Source: an uncultured Acidobacteriota bacterium
GTDB taxonomy: Bacteria > Acidobacteriota > Vicinamibacteria > Fen-336
Assembly: GCA_963732935.1 (NCBI GenBank)
Contig: CAVTBK010000001.1
Span: 608,720 to 672,719, forward strand
Length of the DNA: 64,000 nt
Direction of reading: 5' to 3'
Shown in pieces: positions 27,930 through 41,426 of the stretch; position 1 is the stretch's first letter, and every line of letters begins with the position of its first letter. A program made the translations under genes and the position numbers. The notes beneath the pieces are model-generated. The model saw only the letters and a list, made by a program, of their open reading frames with translations, was not told where the DNA came from and did not search any database.

Positions 27930-29036
27930 TCAAGGAAGCTCGATCAGCTTCCGATCCAGGAGCCGGGCGAAGATGAGAAGCGTCTCCTCCTCGCCCATCG
28001 GGCACAGGCGCAGGATCGACTGCACGTCCCACTCTCCGTTCACGCGGGAGAGAACGAAGCCCTCGCGGGGGTCCAGGTTCTCGCGGGTCAGCGTGGCGAG
28101 GTCGACGGCCAGCCGGGGGACACGGTCGCGAGGGATCGTCCGTGACACGCACTCGCGGGCGCGTGCCTCCTGGGCGGCCAGCAGGCCCTTCTTGGCGTGC
28201 TGGTTCAGCCGGTCGAGGGCGAGGACGTCCTCGTAGGCCTGGATCGCGCTGTCGTACCGGCGCTCCTTCAGCCTCCGATAGGCGAGCGTCAGCAGCTCCT
28301 GGGTGGCACCGACCGGGTCGGTAGCCTGGGCCTCGGGTGCCGCCCCGGCGACCTCGAGCAGGCCGCGAACGTAGAGGTCGTGGAGGAGCACCGCCGTCTC
28401 GAAGTCCGAGCGCCGCAGCTCCAGGCCGATCTCCGCGAGGGTCCTGCCCGCCGCTGCCAGGTCGAGGGTCTCCTGCTCGGTCGGGTCGGCGCTGGGCGGG
28501 GCCGGCTGGTCGGTTCGCGCGAAGGTCGTCTCGCTGCTCGGGAAGACGGTGCGGATGCGGCGCCACTCGTCGACGCGGCGAATACCCTCGAGGATCATCG
28601 GCGTCACCGGGTTCTCGATCGTGATCGGGATGTCGGCGGGGAACTCGCCCTCGCGGAACTCGAAGTCCCCGGCGGGCCAGAGGAAGAGATCGTAGATCGT
28701 CTCCTCGGCCTTGACCCGCAGTGCGCGCTTGAGGTCCCGCTCGGTGAGGACGCCGTCGGCCACCAGGATCGAGCCGAGCGGCCTGCCCTTCTCTTCCTGT
28801 GCCAGGAGGGCCCGGAAGAGCTGCTCCTCGGTCGCGAGCCGGAGCCGGACCAGGAACTGGCCGAGCGACTCACGGGGGTCGTTCGACCAGGATGAATAGA
28901 CGTGGCCCTCGCGCAGGACGATCCGCTTCTTGAGCGAGCGGCGGGTCACGTGGAGCGTGCCGGTCTTCCGCCCGGCGGCGGCCCACTGCAGGACGTCGGG
29001 CAGCGGCATCGTCCGCAGATCGCCCTTGAGGCTCAT
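27930..29036 (-). CDS. DUF4388 (PatA-N-like) domain protein with TPR and winged-helix-like segments
   Basis: MSLKGDLRTMPLPDVLQW...RKTGTL, LGQFLV, FLWPAGDFEF and LEGIRRVDEW motifs. Confidence 0.82.
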   Translation of the reverse strand: MSLKGDLRTMPLPDVLQWAAAGRKTGTLHVTRRSLKKRIVLREGHVYSSWSNDPRESLGQFLVRLRLATEEQLFRALLAQEEKGRPLGSILVADGVLTERDLKRALRVKAEETIYDLFLWPAGDFEFREGEFPADIPITIENPVTPMILEGIRRVDEWRRIRTVFPSSETTFARTDQPAPPSADPTEQETLDLAAAGRTLAEIGLELRRSDFETAVLLHDLYVRGLLEVAGAAPEAQATDPVGATQELLTLAYRRLKERRYDSAIQAYEDVLALDRLNQHAKKGLLAAQEARARECVSRTIPRDRVPRLAVDLATLTRENLDPREGFVLSRVNGEWDVQSILRLCPMGEEETLLIFARLLDRKLIELP

Positions 29037-29059
29037 GGCTCAGGCGCCGGGTGGACGAC

Positions 29060-29593
29060 TCAGCGGGCGTCCCAGGAGACATCCCAGAAGAGATAGTCGC
29101 GCCAACTGTCGGGCGTGCGGTGGATGCCGAGGGTGATGGTGAGATGCGGCAGTGAGGGTGGCCGCCGCGGGCGACGCACGAGGCGCAGACCCGCCTGCTC
29201 CGGGAGCAGGTCCCCCTTCTTCCTGTTGCACGGGATGCAGCAGGTGACGATGTTGTCCCATTCCTTCCGGCCGCCGTGGGCGACCGGGATCACGTGGTCG
29301 AAGGTGAGCTGCGAGGGTGGGAAGCGTTGCCCGCAGTACTGGCAGCGGTGCTCGTCGCGGGCGTAGACGTTCGCACGGGAGAACGGCACCGCGGCGAAGC
29401 CGCGTTTCATACGGACGTGGCGGAGCAGGCGGAGCACCGAAGGGAGCTTCACCCGAACCGTGACGCCCCGGATCTCCCGGTCGTAGACGGCGATGACCTC
29501 GACCTTGCCCTGGAAGAGGAGGGTGATCGCTTTCTGCCACGGCACGACCCGCAAGGGTTCGTAGGTGGCGTTGAGGACGAGCGTCTGGTCCAT
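29060..29593 (-). CDS. HNH endonuclease
   Basis: LVLNATYEPL, RDEHRCQYCG, TFDHVIP and NIVTCCIPCNRKK motifs. Confidence 0.93.
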   Translation of the reverse strand: MDQTLVLNATYEPLRVVPWQKAITLLFQGKVEVIAVYDREIRGVTVRVKLPSVLRLLRHVRMKRGFAAVPFSRANVYARDEHRCQYCGQRFPPSQLTFDHVIPVAHGGRKEWDNIVTCCIPCNRKKGDLLPEQAGLRLVRRPRRPPSLPHLTITLGIHRTPDSWRDYLFWDVSWDAR

Positions 29594-29612
29594 CGGCGGC
29601 GCGATCGAAGCG

Positions 29613-29642
29613 ATTGTGCCGTCCGGGTCCGAACCCTGTCAA
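29613..29642 (-). promoter_or_regulatory. Putative sigma70 promoter for the HNH gene
   Basis: TTGACA-18 nt-CACAAT on the minus strand. Confidence 0.55.
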
Positions 29643-29656
29643 GGACACCCGCCGCC

Positions 29657-30307
29657 TCAGGCGCCCCGGTCCGATTCCTCGACGAGGGCCAGGAACTGCC
29701 GGGTGCGCTCGGTGACGACGGTGGCCTCGCCGCGCCGGATCGCCTGGAGGTCGACGAGGTCGGCGCCGACGCCCAGCGCCGCCGCGCCTGCGCGGAGGTA
29801 GTCCTTCGCCGTCTGCAAGTTGACGCCGCCCGTCGGCACCAGGCCGATCTGCGGCAGGGGCGCCTTCAGCGACTTGATGTAGCCGGCCCCCCCGACCGCG
29901 TTGGCCGGGAACACCTTGACGAGGTCCGCCCCCTGCCTCCAGGCGTTCACGACCTCGGTCGGCGTCAGCGCCCCCGGCAGCACGGCCACGTCCGCCTCGC
30001 GGCAGGCCTGGATCGTGTCGGCGTCGGTGCCCGGGCTCACGATGAAACGGGCCCCCGCCGCGATGCAGGCGCGTGCCGTGGGGGCGTCGAGCACGGTACC
30101 CGCCCCGACCAGGGCGTCCGGGGCCGAACGAACGACTTCGGCGATCAGCGAGAGTGCGTCCGGAACGGTCATGGTGATCTCGAGGACGGAAAGGCCGCCC
30201 TCCCGCAGCGCGGCGACGGCGGCCAAGGCCTCGGCCGCCGAGCGCGCCCGGATCACGGGGATGAGCTTCGTCTTGGTGATTCGGGCGAGTGCCTGCTGCT
30301 TGTCCAT
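29657..30307 (-). CDS. eda: KDPG/KHG aldolase
   Basis: IPVIR, LEITMT, VGAGTVL, FIVSPG, PGALTPTE, VKVFPA and PTGGV motifs. Confidence 0.95.
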   Translation of the reverse strand: MDKQQALARITKTKLIPVIRARSAAEALAAVAALREGGLSVLEITMTVPDALSLIAEVVRSAPDALVGAGTVLDAPTARACIAAGARFIVSPGTDADTIQACREADVAVLPGALTPTEVVNAWRQGADLVKVFPANAVGGAGYIKSLKAPLPQIGLVPTGGVNLQTAKDYLRAGAAALGVGADLVDLQAIRRGEATVVTERTRQFLALVEESDRGA

Positions 30308-30364
30308 CCTGGCTCCTGTCTGGCCCGGTTTCATCTGCCCGGTCTGGTCCGGTCGTGTCCGGCG

Positions 30365-31462
30365 CTACCGCTGCACGCGGGCCGTGCCGCCTTTCATGAC
30401 GCGCTCGACCTCGGCCAGCGAGGCCATGGTGGTGTCGCCGGGCGTCGTCATGGCGAGCGCACCATGGGCCGCTCCGCATTCCACCGCCCACTGTGGTCCC
30501 CTGTCCGCGAGGAGCCCGTAGGCGAGGCCGGACGCGAAGGAGTCTCCGCCGCCGACCCGGTCCCAGATCTCGAGGTCGTGGTACGAGCGCGAGCTGAAGA
30601 GGGCCCCGTCCAGGTAGAGGACGGCAGCCCACTCGTTGAAAGAGGCGGTCCTGGCGTTGCGCAGGGTCGTGGCGACGGCCCTGAAGTTCGGGAATGCCCT
30701 GGTCGCGCGCTCGATCATCTTCCGGAAGTTGGCGGGATCGAGCGCCGAGAGGTTCTCGTCGAGACCCTCGACCTCGAATCCGAGCGCCGCGGTGAAGTCC
30801 TCCTCGTTTCCGAGCATGACGTCGACCTGGGAGGCGAGCTCGCGATTGACCTCCCGCGCGCGGGCCTGGCCGCCGATCGACTTCCAAAGCGAGGCCCGGT
30901 AGTTGAGGTCGTAGGAGACGATGGTTCCCTGCTTGCGGGCCGCGGCCATCGCTTCCTTGGCGACGAGTGGTGTGGTCGCAGACAGGGCGGCGAAGATCCC
31001 CCCGGTGTGGAACCAGCGGACTCCCTGCCTGCCGAAGAGATCGTCCCAGTCGACGTCGCCCGGCTTCATCTGGCTGGCGGCGGTGTGGCCCCGGTCCGAG
31101 CAGCCGAGGGCGGCCCGCAGGCCGAAGCCGCGCTCGGTGAAGTTGAGCCCGTTCCTCGCGGTACGGCCCACCCCGTCGTCCGGTACGGATCGCAGGAACG
31201 ACTGGTCGACGCCGCCCTGGCGGATCAGGTCGCGGACCAGCTGCCCGACCGGGTTGTCGACGAGGGCGGTCACGATCGCGGTCCGCTGCCCGAAGCAGCG
31301 CGCCAGGCCACGCGCGACGTTGTACTCGCCGCCGCCCTCCCAGACCCGGAAGCTGCGCGCCGTGTGGATGCGCAGGTCTCCCGGGTCGAGGCGGAGCATG
31401 ACCTCGCCCAGGCTCACGGCGTCGAAGCGGCAACTCCCCGCAGGCTTCAGAGGAAGGGGCAT
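30365..31462 (-). CDS. kdgK: 2-keto-3-deoxygluconate kinase (PfkB family)
   Basis: LGEVMLRLDP, GGGEYNVA, SYDLNYRASLW and DRVGGGDSF motifs; next to eda. Confidence 0.88.
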   Translation of the reverse strand: MPLPLKPAGSCRFDAVSLGEVMLRLDPGDLRIHTARSFRVWEGGGEYNVARGLARCFGQRTAIVTALVDNPVGQLVRDLIRQGGVDQSFLRSVPDDGVGRTARNGLNFTERGFGLRAALGCSDRGHTAASQMKPGDVDWDDLFGRQGVRWFHTGGIFAALSATTPLVAKEAMAAARKQGTIVSYDLNYRASLWKSIGGQARAREVNRELASQVDVMLGNEEDFTAALGFEVEGLDENLSALDPANFRKMIERATRAFPNFRAVATTLRNARTASFNEWAAVLYLDGALFSSRSYHDLEIWDRVGGGDSFASGLAYGLLADRGPQWAVECGAAHGALAMTTPGDTTMASLAEVERVMKGGTARVQR

Positions 31463-31473
31463 GACGGGTGCGA

Positions 31474-31503
31474 ACAGTAGCCGCTGGCCGTGGTTGCTGT
31501 CAA
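31474..31503 (-). promoter_or_regulatory. Putative sigma70 promoter for kdgK-eda
   Basis: TTGACA-18 nt-TACTGT, with the -10 box 11 nt from the ATG. Confidence 0.55.
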
Positions 31504-31544
31504 CGCAACTGGAAAAGCGGCGGAAGAGTGAAGCTCGCCTCGGG

Positions 31545-31604
31545 TGAGGAGCATCGGCCTCAGCCGAGGAGGTTCGGCCTCAGCTGAGGAGCATCGCGTC
31601 GCCG
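31545..31604. repeat. Degenerate 20-bp tandem repeat x3 overlapping the queA 3' end
   Basis: TGAGGAGCATCGGCCTCAGC / CGAGGAGGTTCGGCCTCAGC / TGAGGAGCATCGCGTCGCCG. Confidence 0.75.
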
Positions 31605-32656
31605 TACGAGTAGAAGCGGTAGCGCTCCGCCACCGCCGTCCGGTAGGCCGCGAGCACCCGCTCCCTCCCGGCGAAGGCGCTCACCAGCAGCAGCAGCGAG
31701 GAGCGGGGCAGGTGGAAGTTCGTGAGCAGGGCGTCGACCACCTGGAAGCGGAAGCCGGGCACGATCACGAGATCGGTCTCGCCCACTCCCGCCGCGACCC
31801 CGCCGCCCGCCGTGGCGCGGGCTTCGAGGGTGCGGGTCGTGGTCGTGCCCACCGCGACGACCCGGCGGCCCTCGTGACGTGCCTGGGCGACGGCCGCGGC
31901 GGTCTCCTCGGGGAGCGTGAAGCGCTCGGGCTGGACGCGGTGCGCCCGCACGTCCTCGACTTCCACGGGCCGAAAGGTGCCGGGCCCGACGTGGAGGATG
32001 ACGCTCGCCGTCCGGATCCCGCGCGCCGCGAGGTCGTCGAGCAGGGATTGGGTGAAGTGCAGACCCGCCGTGGGAGCCGCGACGCTGCCCGCTTCGTGGG
32101 CGAAGACGGTCTGGTAGCGGTCACGGTCCTCGGGCCTGTCGGGTCGGCGAATGTAGGGGGGCAGGGGAACGTGACCGTACCGCTCGATGAGGGCGCTCGG
32201 CTCGCCGGCGCTCGCGAGGAGGCGCACGAGCCGGGTGGCGCTGTCCCCGCTGGCGGATCCTTCGGCCCCAGGTGCGATCGCGTCTGTCTCCACCCGGGCG
32301 CGGAAGCCGGGTGCGAGGTCGACGAGCGTGCCGGGCCGCAGCCGCCGCCCCGGTCGGAGGAGGGCCTCCCACAGGTCCGGGCCCTTCTGCCGCACCAGCA
32401 GCAGCTCCGCCCTGCCGCCGCCGGGTCGCGTCCCCAGGAGGCGCGCGGGAAAGACGCGGCTCCGATTCAGGACCAGGAGGTCGCCGGGACGGAGCAGCTG
32501 GGGCAGGTCGGTGAAGCGATGGTGCGCGAGGCGGCCGCTCCCGCGCTCCAGGAGGAGCAGCCGAGAGGCGTCCCGCGCGGCGGGCGGCTCCTGGGCGATC
32601 AGCTCCGGCGGAAGCTCGAAGTCGTAGCGAGCGATCGCATGCTCGGCGGGGTTCAA
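31580..32656 (-). CDS. queA: S-adenosylmethionine:tRNA ribosyltransferase-isomerase
   Basis: ELIAQEP, PLPPYI, GSVAAPTAGLHF, LHVGPGTF, TNFHLP and YRFYSYGDAM motifs. Confidence 0.96.
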   Translation of the reverse strand: MNPAEHAIARYDFELPPELIAQEPPAARDASRLLLLERGSGRLAHHRFTDLPQLLRPGDLLVLNRSRVFPARLLGTRPGGGRAELLLVRQKGPDLWEALLRPGRRLRPGTLVDLAPGFRARVETDAIAPGAEGSASGDSATRLVRLLASAGEPSALIERYGHVPLPPYIRRPDRPEDRDRYQTVFAHEAGSVAAPTAGLHFTQSLLDDLAARGIRTASVILHVGPGTFRPVEVEDVRAHRVQPERFTLPEETAAAVAQARHEGRRVVAVGTTTTRTLEARATAGGGVAAGVGETDLVIVPGFRFQVVDALLTNFHLPRSSLLLLVSAFAGRERVLAAYRTAVAERYRFYSYGDAMLLS

Positions 32657-32683
32657 GAGGTCGCCCGTTCCCGCCTCAGGTCC

Positions 32684-33712
32684 TCAGAAGAGCTTCTTCT
32701 GCGGTCCCGCCGTGGCGGGCGGCGGCGGGATGCCGAGGTGCGCGTAGGCGCGCGAGGTGGCGGTACGGCCGCGGGGCGTGCGGTCGAGGAAGCCGTGCTG
32801 GAGCAGGTAGGGTTCGTAGATGTCCTCGATCGCCTCCGGCTCCTCGCTGATCGCCGCGGCCAGGGCGTTGAGTCCCACCGGCCCGCCGCCGAACTTCTCG
32901 ATGATGGTGAGCAGCAGCCGCCGATCGACGTCGTCGAAACCGTGCGCGTCCACCTCGAGGAGCGCGAGAGCGTCGCGGGCGACCTGCCGGGTGATCGCGC
33001 CGTCGGCGCGGACTTGCGCGAAATCGCGCACCCGGCGCAGGAGGCGGTTGGCGACCCGGGGGGTCCCGCGGCTGCGGCGCGCGATCTCGCTCGATCCATC
33101 GGCGTCGATCGGGACGCCCAGAATGCGCGCCGAGCGGACGACGATGCGCTCCAGATCACCCTCAGTGTAGAAGTCGAGACGGTGGACGATGCCGAAGCGC
33201 CCGCGCAGGGGCGCCGTCAGCAGCCCCGCGCGGGTGGTCGCCGCCACCAGGGTGAAGGGCTTGAGCGGGATCTTCATCGAGCGCGCGCCCGGACCCGTGC
33301 CGACCATGAGGTCGAGGCTGTAGTCCTCGAGGGCCGGGTAGAGGATCTCCTCGACCTTGGCGTCCAGACGATGGATCTCGTCGACGAACAGGATCTCGCG
33401 CTCCTCGAGCGCCGTCAGCAGCGCGGCCAGGTCCCCCGCGCGTTCGATCACGGGCCCGGCCGTGGCCTTGATCGGGGCCGCGAGCTCGGCCGCGATCACG
33501 TGCGCGAGGCTCGTCTTGCCGACACCGGGCGGCCCGAAGAGAAGCACGTGATCGAGGGCCTCGCCGCGCGCGCGCGCCGCCTCGATCGCGACCCGCAGGT
33601 TGGCCACGACCTGCGGCTGGCCCACGTACTCCTCGAGGCGCCGAGGTCGCAGCGAGACCTCGAAGCCCAGATCGTCGTCGATCGGGCGGCCTGTGATCAG
33701 GCGATCGTTCAT
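32684..33712 (-). CDS. ruvB: Holliday junction branch migration helicase RuvB
   Basis: SLRP...[28 protein letters not shown] and EPYLLQ motifs. Confidence 0.97.
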   Translation of the reverse strand: MNDRLITGRPIDDDLGFEVSLRPRRLEEYVGQPQVVANLRVAIEAARARGEALDHVLLFGPPGVGKTSLAHVIAAELAAPIKATAGPVIERAGDLAALLTALEEREILFVDEIHRLDAKVEEILYPALEDYSLDLMVGTGPGARSMKIPLKPFTLVAATTRAGLLTAPLRGRFGIVHRLDFYTEGDLERIVVRSARILGVPIDADGSSEIARRSRGTPRVANRLLRRVRDFAQVRADGAITRQVARDALALLEVDAHGFDDVDRRLLLTIIEKFGGGPVGLNALAAAISEEPEAIEDIYEPYLLQHGFLDRTPRGRTATSRAYAHLGIPPPPATAGPQKKLF

Positions 33713-33766
33713 TGAGTCGATAGCTTAACACCGCCCCAGACGCCGCCCTTCGTCGGCTCGTGCCGA

Positions 33767-34357
33767 TCAGCGGCCCGACAGCACCCGCAAAGAGCGACGG
33801 AGCAGGTCCTCGAAGCGTCCGTCGCCTTGGGCGAGGGCGCGGGCCACGCCTCGCTCCGCCTCCGGGCGCGAGTAGCCGAGATGGACGAGGGCGGAGACGA
33901 GGTCCTCCTGGGCGCTGGTGGGCGCGGCGGCCGCGGGCTCTCCCGCGGCTCCCAGGCCCTTGACCTTGTCCTTGAGCTCCAGCACCAGGCGCTCGGCCGT
34001 CTTCTTTCCGACGCCCGGGATGCGGGTGAGGCGGGCGACGTCGCTGCCGGTGAGGGCGGCGACGAGATCCGGGGCCTCGATGCCGGAGAGGATGGCCACG
34101 GCGAGCTTGGGCCCGACGCCCGAGACCGCGATCAGCCTCTCGAAGAGGTCTTGCTCCACCTGGGTCAGGAAGCCGAAGAGGGCGAGCACGTCCTCGCGCA
34201 CGTGGGTGTGGGTGAGGAGGGTCACCTCGCTGCCCGGGTCGCCGACTCGATAGAACGTGCTGAGTGGGATGGTGAGACGGTAGCCCACGCCGGCGACGTC
34301 GACGACCAGCTCCTGGGGCTGCTTGCGAAGGAGACGGCCGCGCAGCTCAGCGATCAC
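33767..34357 (-). CDS. ruvA: Holliday junction branch migration protein RuvA
   Basis: GVGY, HVRED, LIAVSGVGPK, IPGVGKKTAER and ALVHLGY motifs. Confidence 0.96.
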   Translation of the reverse strand: MIAELRGRLLRKQPQELVVDVAGVGYRLTIPLSTFYRVGDPGSEVTLLTHTHVREDVLALFGFLTQVEQDLFERLIAVSGVGPKLAVAILSGIEAPDLVAALTGSDVARLTRIPGVGKKTAERLVLELKDKVKGLGAAGEPAAAAPTSAQEDLVSALVHLGYSRPEAERGVARALAQGDGRFEDLLRRSLRVLSGR

Positions 34358-34892
34358 CGGGTTGCCTCCGAGAGGTTAGCGGGGGACGGGGGACGGCGGC
34401 GGCGCGCGCCGGCAGGGCCAGGCCGGTCTGGCGGCAGGCGAAGCACAGCGCCACGGCGAGCGCGTCGGTAGCGTCGCCGGCCTCGGAGGGGGTCGCGAGC
34501 TCGAGCAGGCGCGTCACCATGAAGGCGACCTGGGTCTTTTCGGCGCGCCCGAAGCCGGTGACCTGCTGCTTGACCGTCGCGGGCGGATACTCGTGGACGG
34601 GCAGGCCCGCCTGGGCGCCGGCCAGCAGGACGACACCACGCACGTGGCCGAGGACGAGGGCCGTCCGGGTATTGGCGGCGTGGAAGACGTCCTCGACCGC
34701 GAGGGCGTCGGGGACGAGACGGGCGATCAGCTGCGCGACGCCCTCGTGGATGTGCCGCAGCTTCTCGGGCAGGGACAGCCGCGAGCCGGGTGCCAGGATG
34801 CCTCTCTCGATCAGGCGGTGCCGCCGCCCGTCGCTCTCGACGACCCCGTAGCCGGTGCGCAGCGATCCGGGATCCACGCCGAGGACGATCAC
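34347..34892 (-). CDS. ruvC: Crossover junction endodeoxyribonuclease RuvC
   Basis: LGVDPG, AVEDVF, VKQQVTG.GRAEK and DATDALA motifs. Confidence 0.95.
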   Translation of the reverse strand: MIVLGVDPGSLRTGYGVVESDGRRHRLIERGILAPGSRLSLPEKLRHIHEGVAQLIARLVPDALAVEDVFHAANTRTALVLGHVRGVVLLAGAQAGLPVHEYPPATVKQQVTGFGRAEKTQVAFMVTRLLELATPSEAGDATDALAVALCFACRQTGLALPARAAAVPRPPLTSRRQPGDR

Positions 34893-34899
34893 CGCAGCC

Positions 34900-35652
34900 C
34901 TAACTCGCGGCCGCCGCCTCCATCTCCGCCTCGGAGATGTCGGAGTTGTCCCACACGGTCGAGACGTCCTCGTTGTCGTCGAGCGCCTCCAGCAGCTTCA
35001 GGAGCTGCTGGGCCTTGGTTCCCTCGAGCGCCACGGTGGTGTCGGCGATCTTCTTCACCTCGGCCTCGTCGGGCTCGATCCCGGCCTTCTGGATGGCCGT
35101 GCGCACCGGCTCGAAGCCGTGGGGCGTCGTGTAGACCGTGAAGCCCTGGGCCTCGGTCACGATGTCGTCGGCGCCCGCCTCGAGGGCGATCTCCATCAGC
35201 GTGTCTTCGCTCGTCTTCTCCGACGCGATCGCGATGACGCCCTTGGGCTTGAAGAGGTACGCGACCGAGCCGGCCCCGCCCAGGTTGCCGCCGTGCTTCG
35301 TGAAGAGGTGGCGGATCTCGGAGACCGAGCGGTTGCGGTTGTCGGTGGTGCCCTCGACCAGGATCGCGACGCCGCCGGGGCCGTAGCCCTCGAGCACCAG
35401 GTCCTCGTAGGTCGTCCCCTCGAGCTCGCCCGTGCCCTTCTTGATGGCCCGGTTGATGTTGTCGGCCGGCATGTTCGCGGCCTTGGCCTTGTCGTACACG
35501 GTGCGCAGGCGCGGGTTGCTGTCCGGGTCGCCGCCACCCAGCCGCGCCGCGATCGTCATCTCACGGATCAGCTTGGTGAAGACCTTGCCGCGCTTGGCGT
35601 CGAGCGCCCCCTTCTTGTGCTTGATGGTGTGCCATTTGGAGTGTCCGGACAT
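34900..35652 (-). CDS. yebC: YebC/PmpR family protein
   Basis: [26 protein letters not shown] and TDNRNR motifs. Confidence 0.96.
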   Translation of the reverse strand: MSGHSKWHTIKHKKGALDAKRGKVFTKLIREMTIAARLGGGDPDSNPRLRTVYDKAKAANMPADNINRAIKKGTGELEGTTYEDLVLEGYGPGGVAILVEGTTDNRNRSVSEIRHLFTKHGGNLGGAGSVAYLFKPKGVIAIASEKTSEDTLMEIALEAGADDIVTEAQGFTVYTTPHGFEPVRTAIQKAGIEPDEAEVKKIADTTVALEGTKAQQLLKLLEALDDNEDVSTVWDNSDISEAEMEAAAAS

Positions 35653-35717
35653 CGCGCTTCTCCTGCAGCGGTGGGTCGGGGAAGAAGTCTACCACCGGGG
35701 GAAAGGACGGCGGAGGC

Positions 35718-35753
35718 AAACAAAAAAGCCCCGGTCCCTGAGGACCGGGGCTT
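35718..35753 (-). terminator. Rho-independent terminator of the rRNA operon
   Basis: AAGCCCCGGTCC-TCAG-GGACCGGGGCTT hairpin followed by a T-tract on the minus strand. Confidence 0.9.
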
Positions 35754-35775
35754 CACGATCGAAGATGATGAAAAG

Positions 35776-35893
35776 TCCCGGCAACGTCCTACTCTCCCAC
35801 CAAGTTGCCCTGGCAGTACCATCGGCGCTGGAGGGCTTAACGGCCGTGTTCGGAATGGGAACGGGTGTGGCCCCTCCGCCAAGGTCACCGGGA
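35776..35893 (-). rRNA. rrf: 5S rRNA
   Basis: Conserved 5S motifs (CCCATTCCGAACAC, GATGGTAC, GGGAGAGTAGGA) with complementary ends. Confidence 0.95.
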
Positions 35894-35977
35894 TGAACTT
35901 ATCAAGCCATCGACAACGAAGAATCCCTGCGAAGGGTGAGTCGTACCCGTCTACGGTTTCGGGCAGTGTAAACACTA

Positions 35978-38991
<3,014 letters not shown>

Positions 38992-39219
38992 CAACGTTTA
39001 CACTGCTTGAAACACTGTAGTCGTGTACGACTTTTCCCTACGCGCCTTAGTAAGGATTCTTCGGTTGTCAATGAGCCGCGGGTTCTTCGACCCGTCGGTC
39101 GCGTCCTTCGAAAACGCCACCGCTCGGCCTTCCATTCGGCACCGCTCGAGGCGGCGCCGGACGACCGAGCGCTGGCATCTTCGTCCTTTGGCTTCGCGCC
39201 TACCAGGCGCCCATCGTCC

Positions 39220-39295
39220 TGGTGGAGCTGACCGGGATCGAACCGGCGACCCCCTGGTTGCAAACCAGGTGCTCTCCCAGCTGAGCTACAGCCCC
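39220..39295 (-). tRNA. tRNA-Ala(TGC)
   Basis: GGGGCTGTAGCTCAGCTGGGAGAGC...TTTGCAA...GTTCGATC...CTCCACCA cloverleaf. Confidence 0.97.
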
Positions 39296-39313
39296 GAAGG
39301 ATCTTCCGAAGGC

Positions 39314-39390
39314 TGGTGGGCCTAGGTGGATTCGAACCACTGACCTCACGGTTATCAGCCGTGCGCTCTAGCCAACTGAGCTATAGGCCC
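39314..39390 (-). tRNA. tRNA-Ile(GAT)
   Basis: GGGCCTATAGCTCAGTTGG...CTGATAA...GTTCGAAT...GGCCCACCA cloverleaf. Confidence 0.97.
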
Positions 39391-39543
39391 GTGGTTCGCG
39401 CCGAAGTGCCCCAGTGCGCAAGGTGCTCCCAGACAAGGACGGGATTCCCAAGGAGCGTTCGCCCGGCCCGAGGGCCGCGCGTGTGGCTCGTCTGAAAACT
39501 AGGTAGGCGAATCGAGACAGGCGAGAACGACATCCGACTCGGA

Positions 39544-41101
<1,558 letters not shown>

Positions 41102-41196
41102 AACTCTTGAAACCCCTCGCGGGATGTCCTTCGTACTGAAGAACTTCTTGGTCCTTGCGAGCTGAATCTCGCCGGAATCTACTTCTCTCTACCTAG

Positions 41197-41208
41197 TTTT
41201 CAAAGAGC
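41197..41208 (-). promoter_or_regulatory. boxA-like antitermination site in the rrn leader
   Basis: GCTCTTTGAAAA; a similar GCTCATTGACAA lies in the spacer before the 23S gene. Confidence 0.7.
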
Positions 41209-41233
41209 CACCCCAACTTTGGGGGACTCGACC

Positions 41234-41262
41234 AGAATACCGAAGCACGGCCGGGCTGTCAA
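41234..41262 (-). promoter_or_regulatory. rrn proximal promoter (P2-like)
   Basis: TTGACA-17 nt-TATTCT with an upstream A-tract. Confidence 0.85.
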
Positions 41263-41375
41263 CCCTTTTTCTGGCCTTTTTGCTGAGGAGGTTCGAACTG
41301 GGCTCGAGAGGTGCGTCCGGTGCGACCCGACGTCCCCTCTTGCGGCACCCGGCGTGACGCCCCCGGCAAACGGAG

Positions 41376-41404
41376 ATACTACGTACCTCGAGTCGTCCTG
41401 TCAA
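41376..41404 (-). promoter_or_regulatory. rrn distal promoter (P1-like)
   Basis: TTGACA-17 nt-TAGTAT. Confidence 0.8.
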
Positions 41405-41426
41405 GCGGCGGGGCGTGAAACGTCCC

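Noticed and set aside
29060-29593. HNH gene as a homing endonuclease or mobile element
   Set aside because: It is not inside an intron or intein, has no flanking repeats, has host-like composition and matches the common stand-alone HNH type.
31545-31604. Possible mini-CRISPR array
   Set aside because: The units are adjacent with no unique spacers, are only 20 bp, overlap queA, and no cas genes are present.
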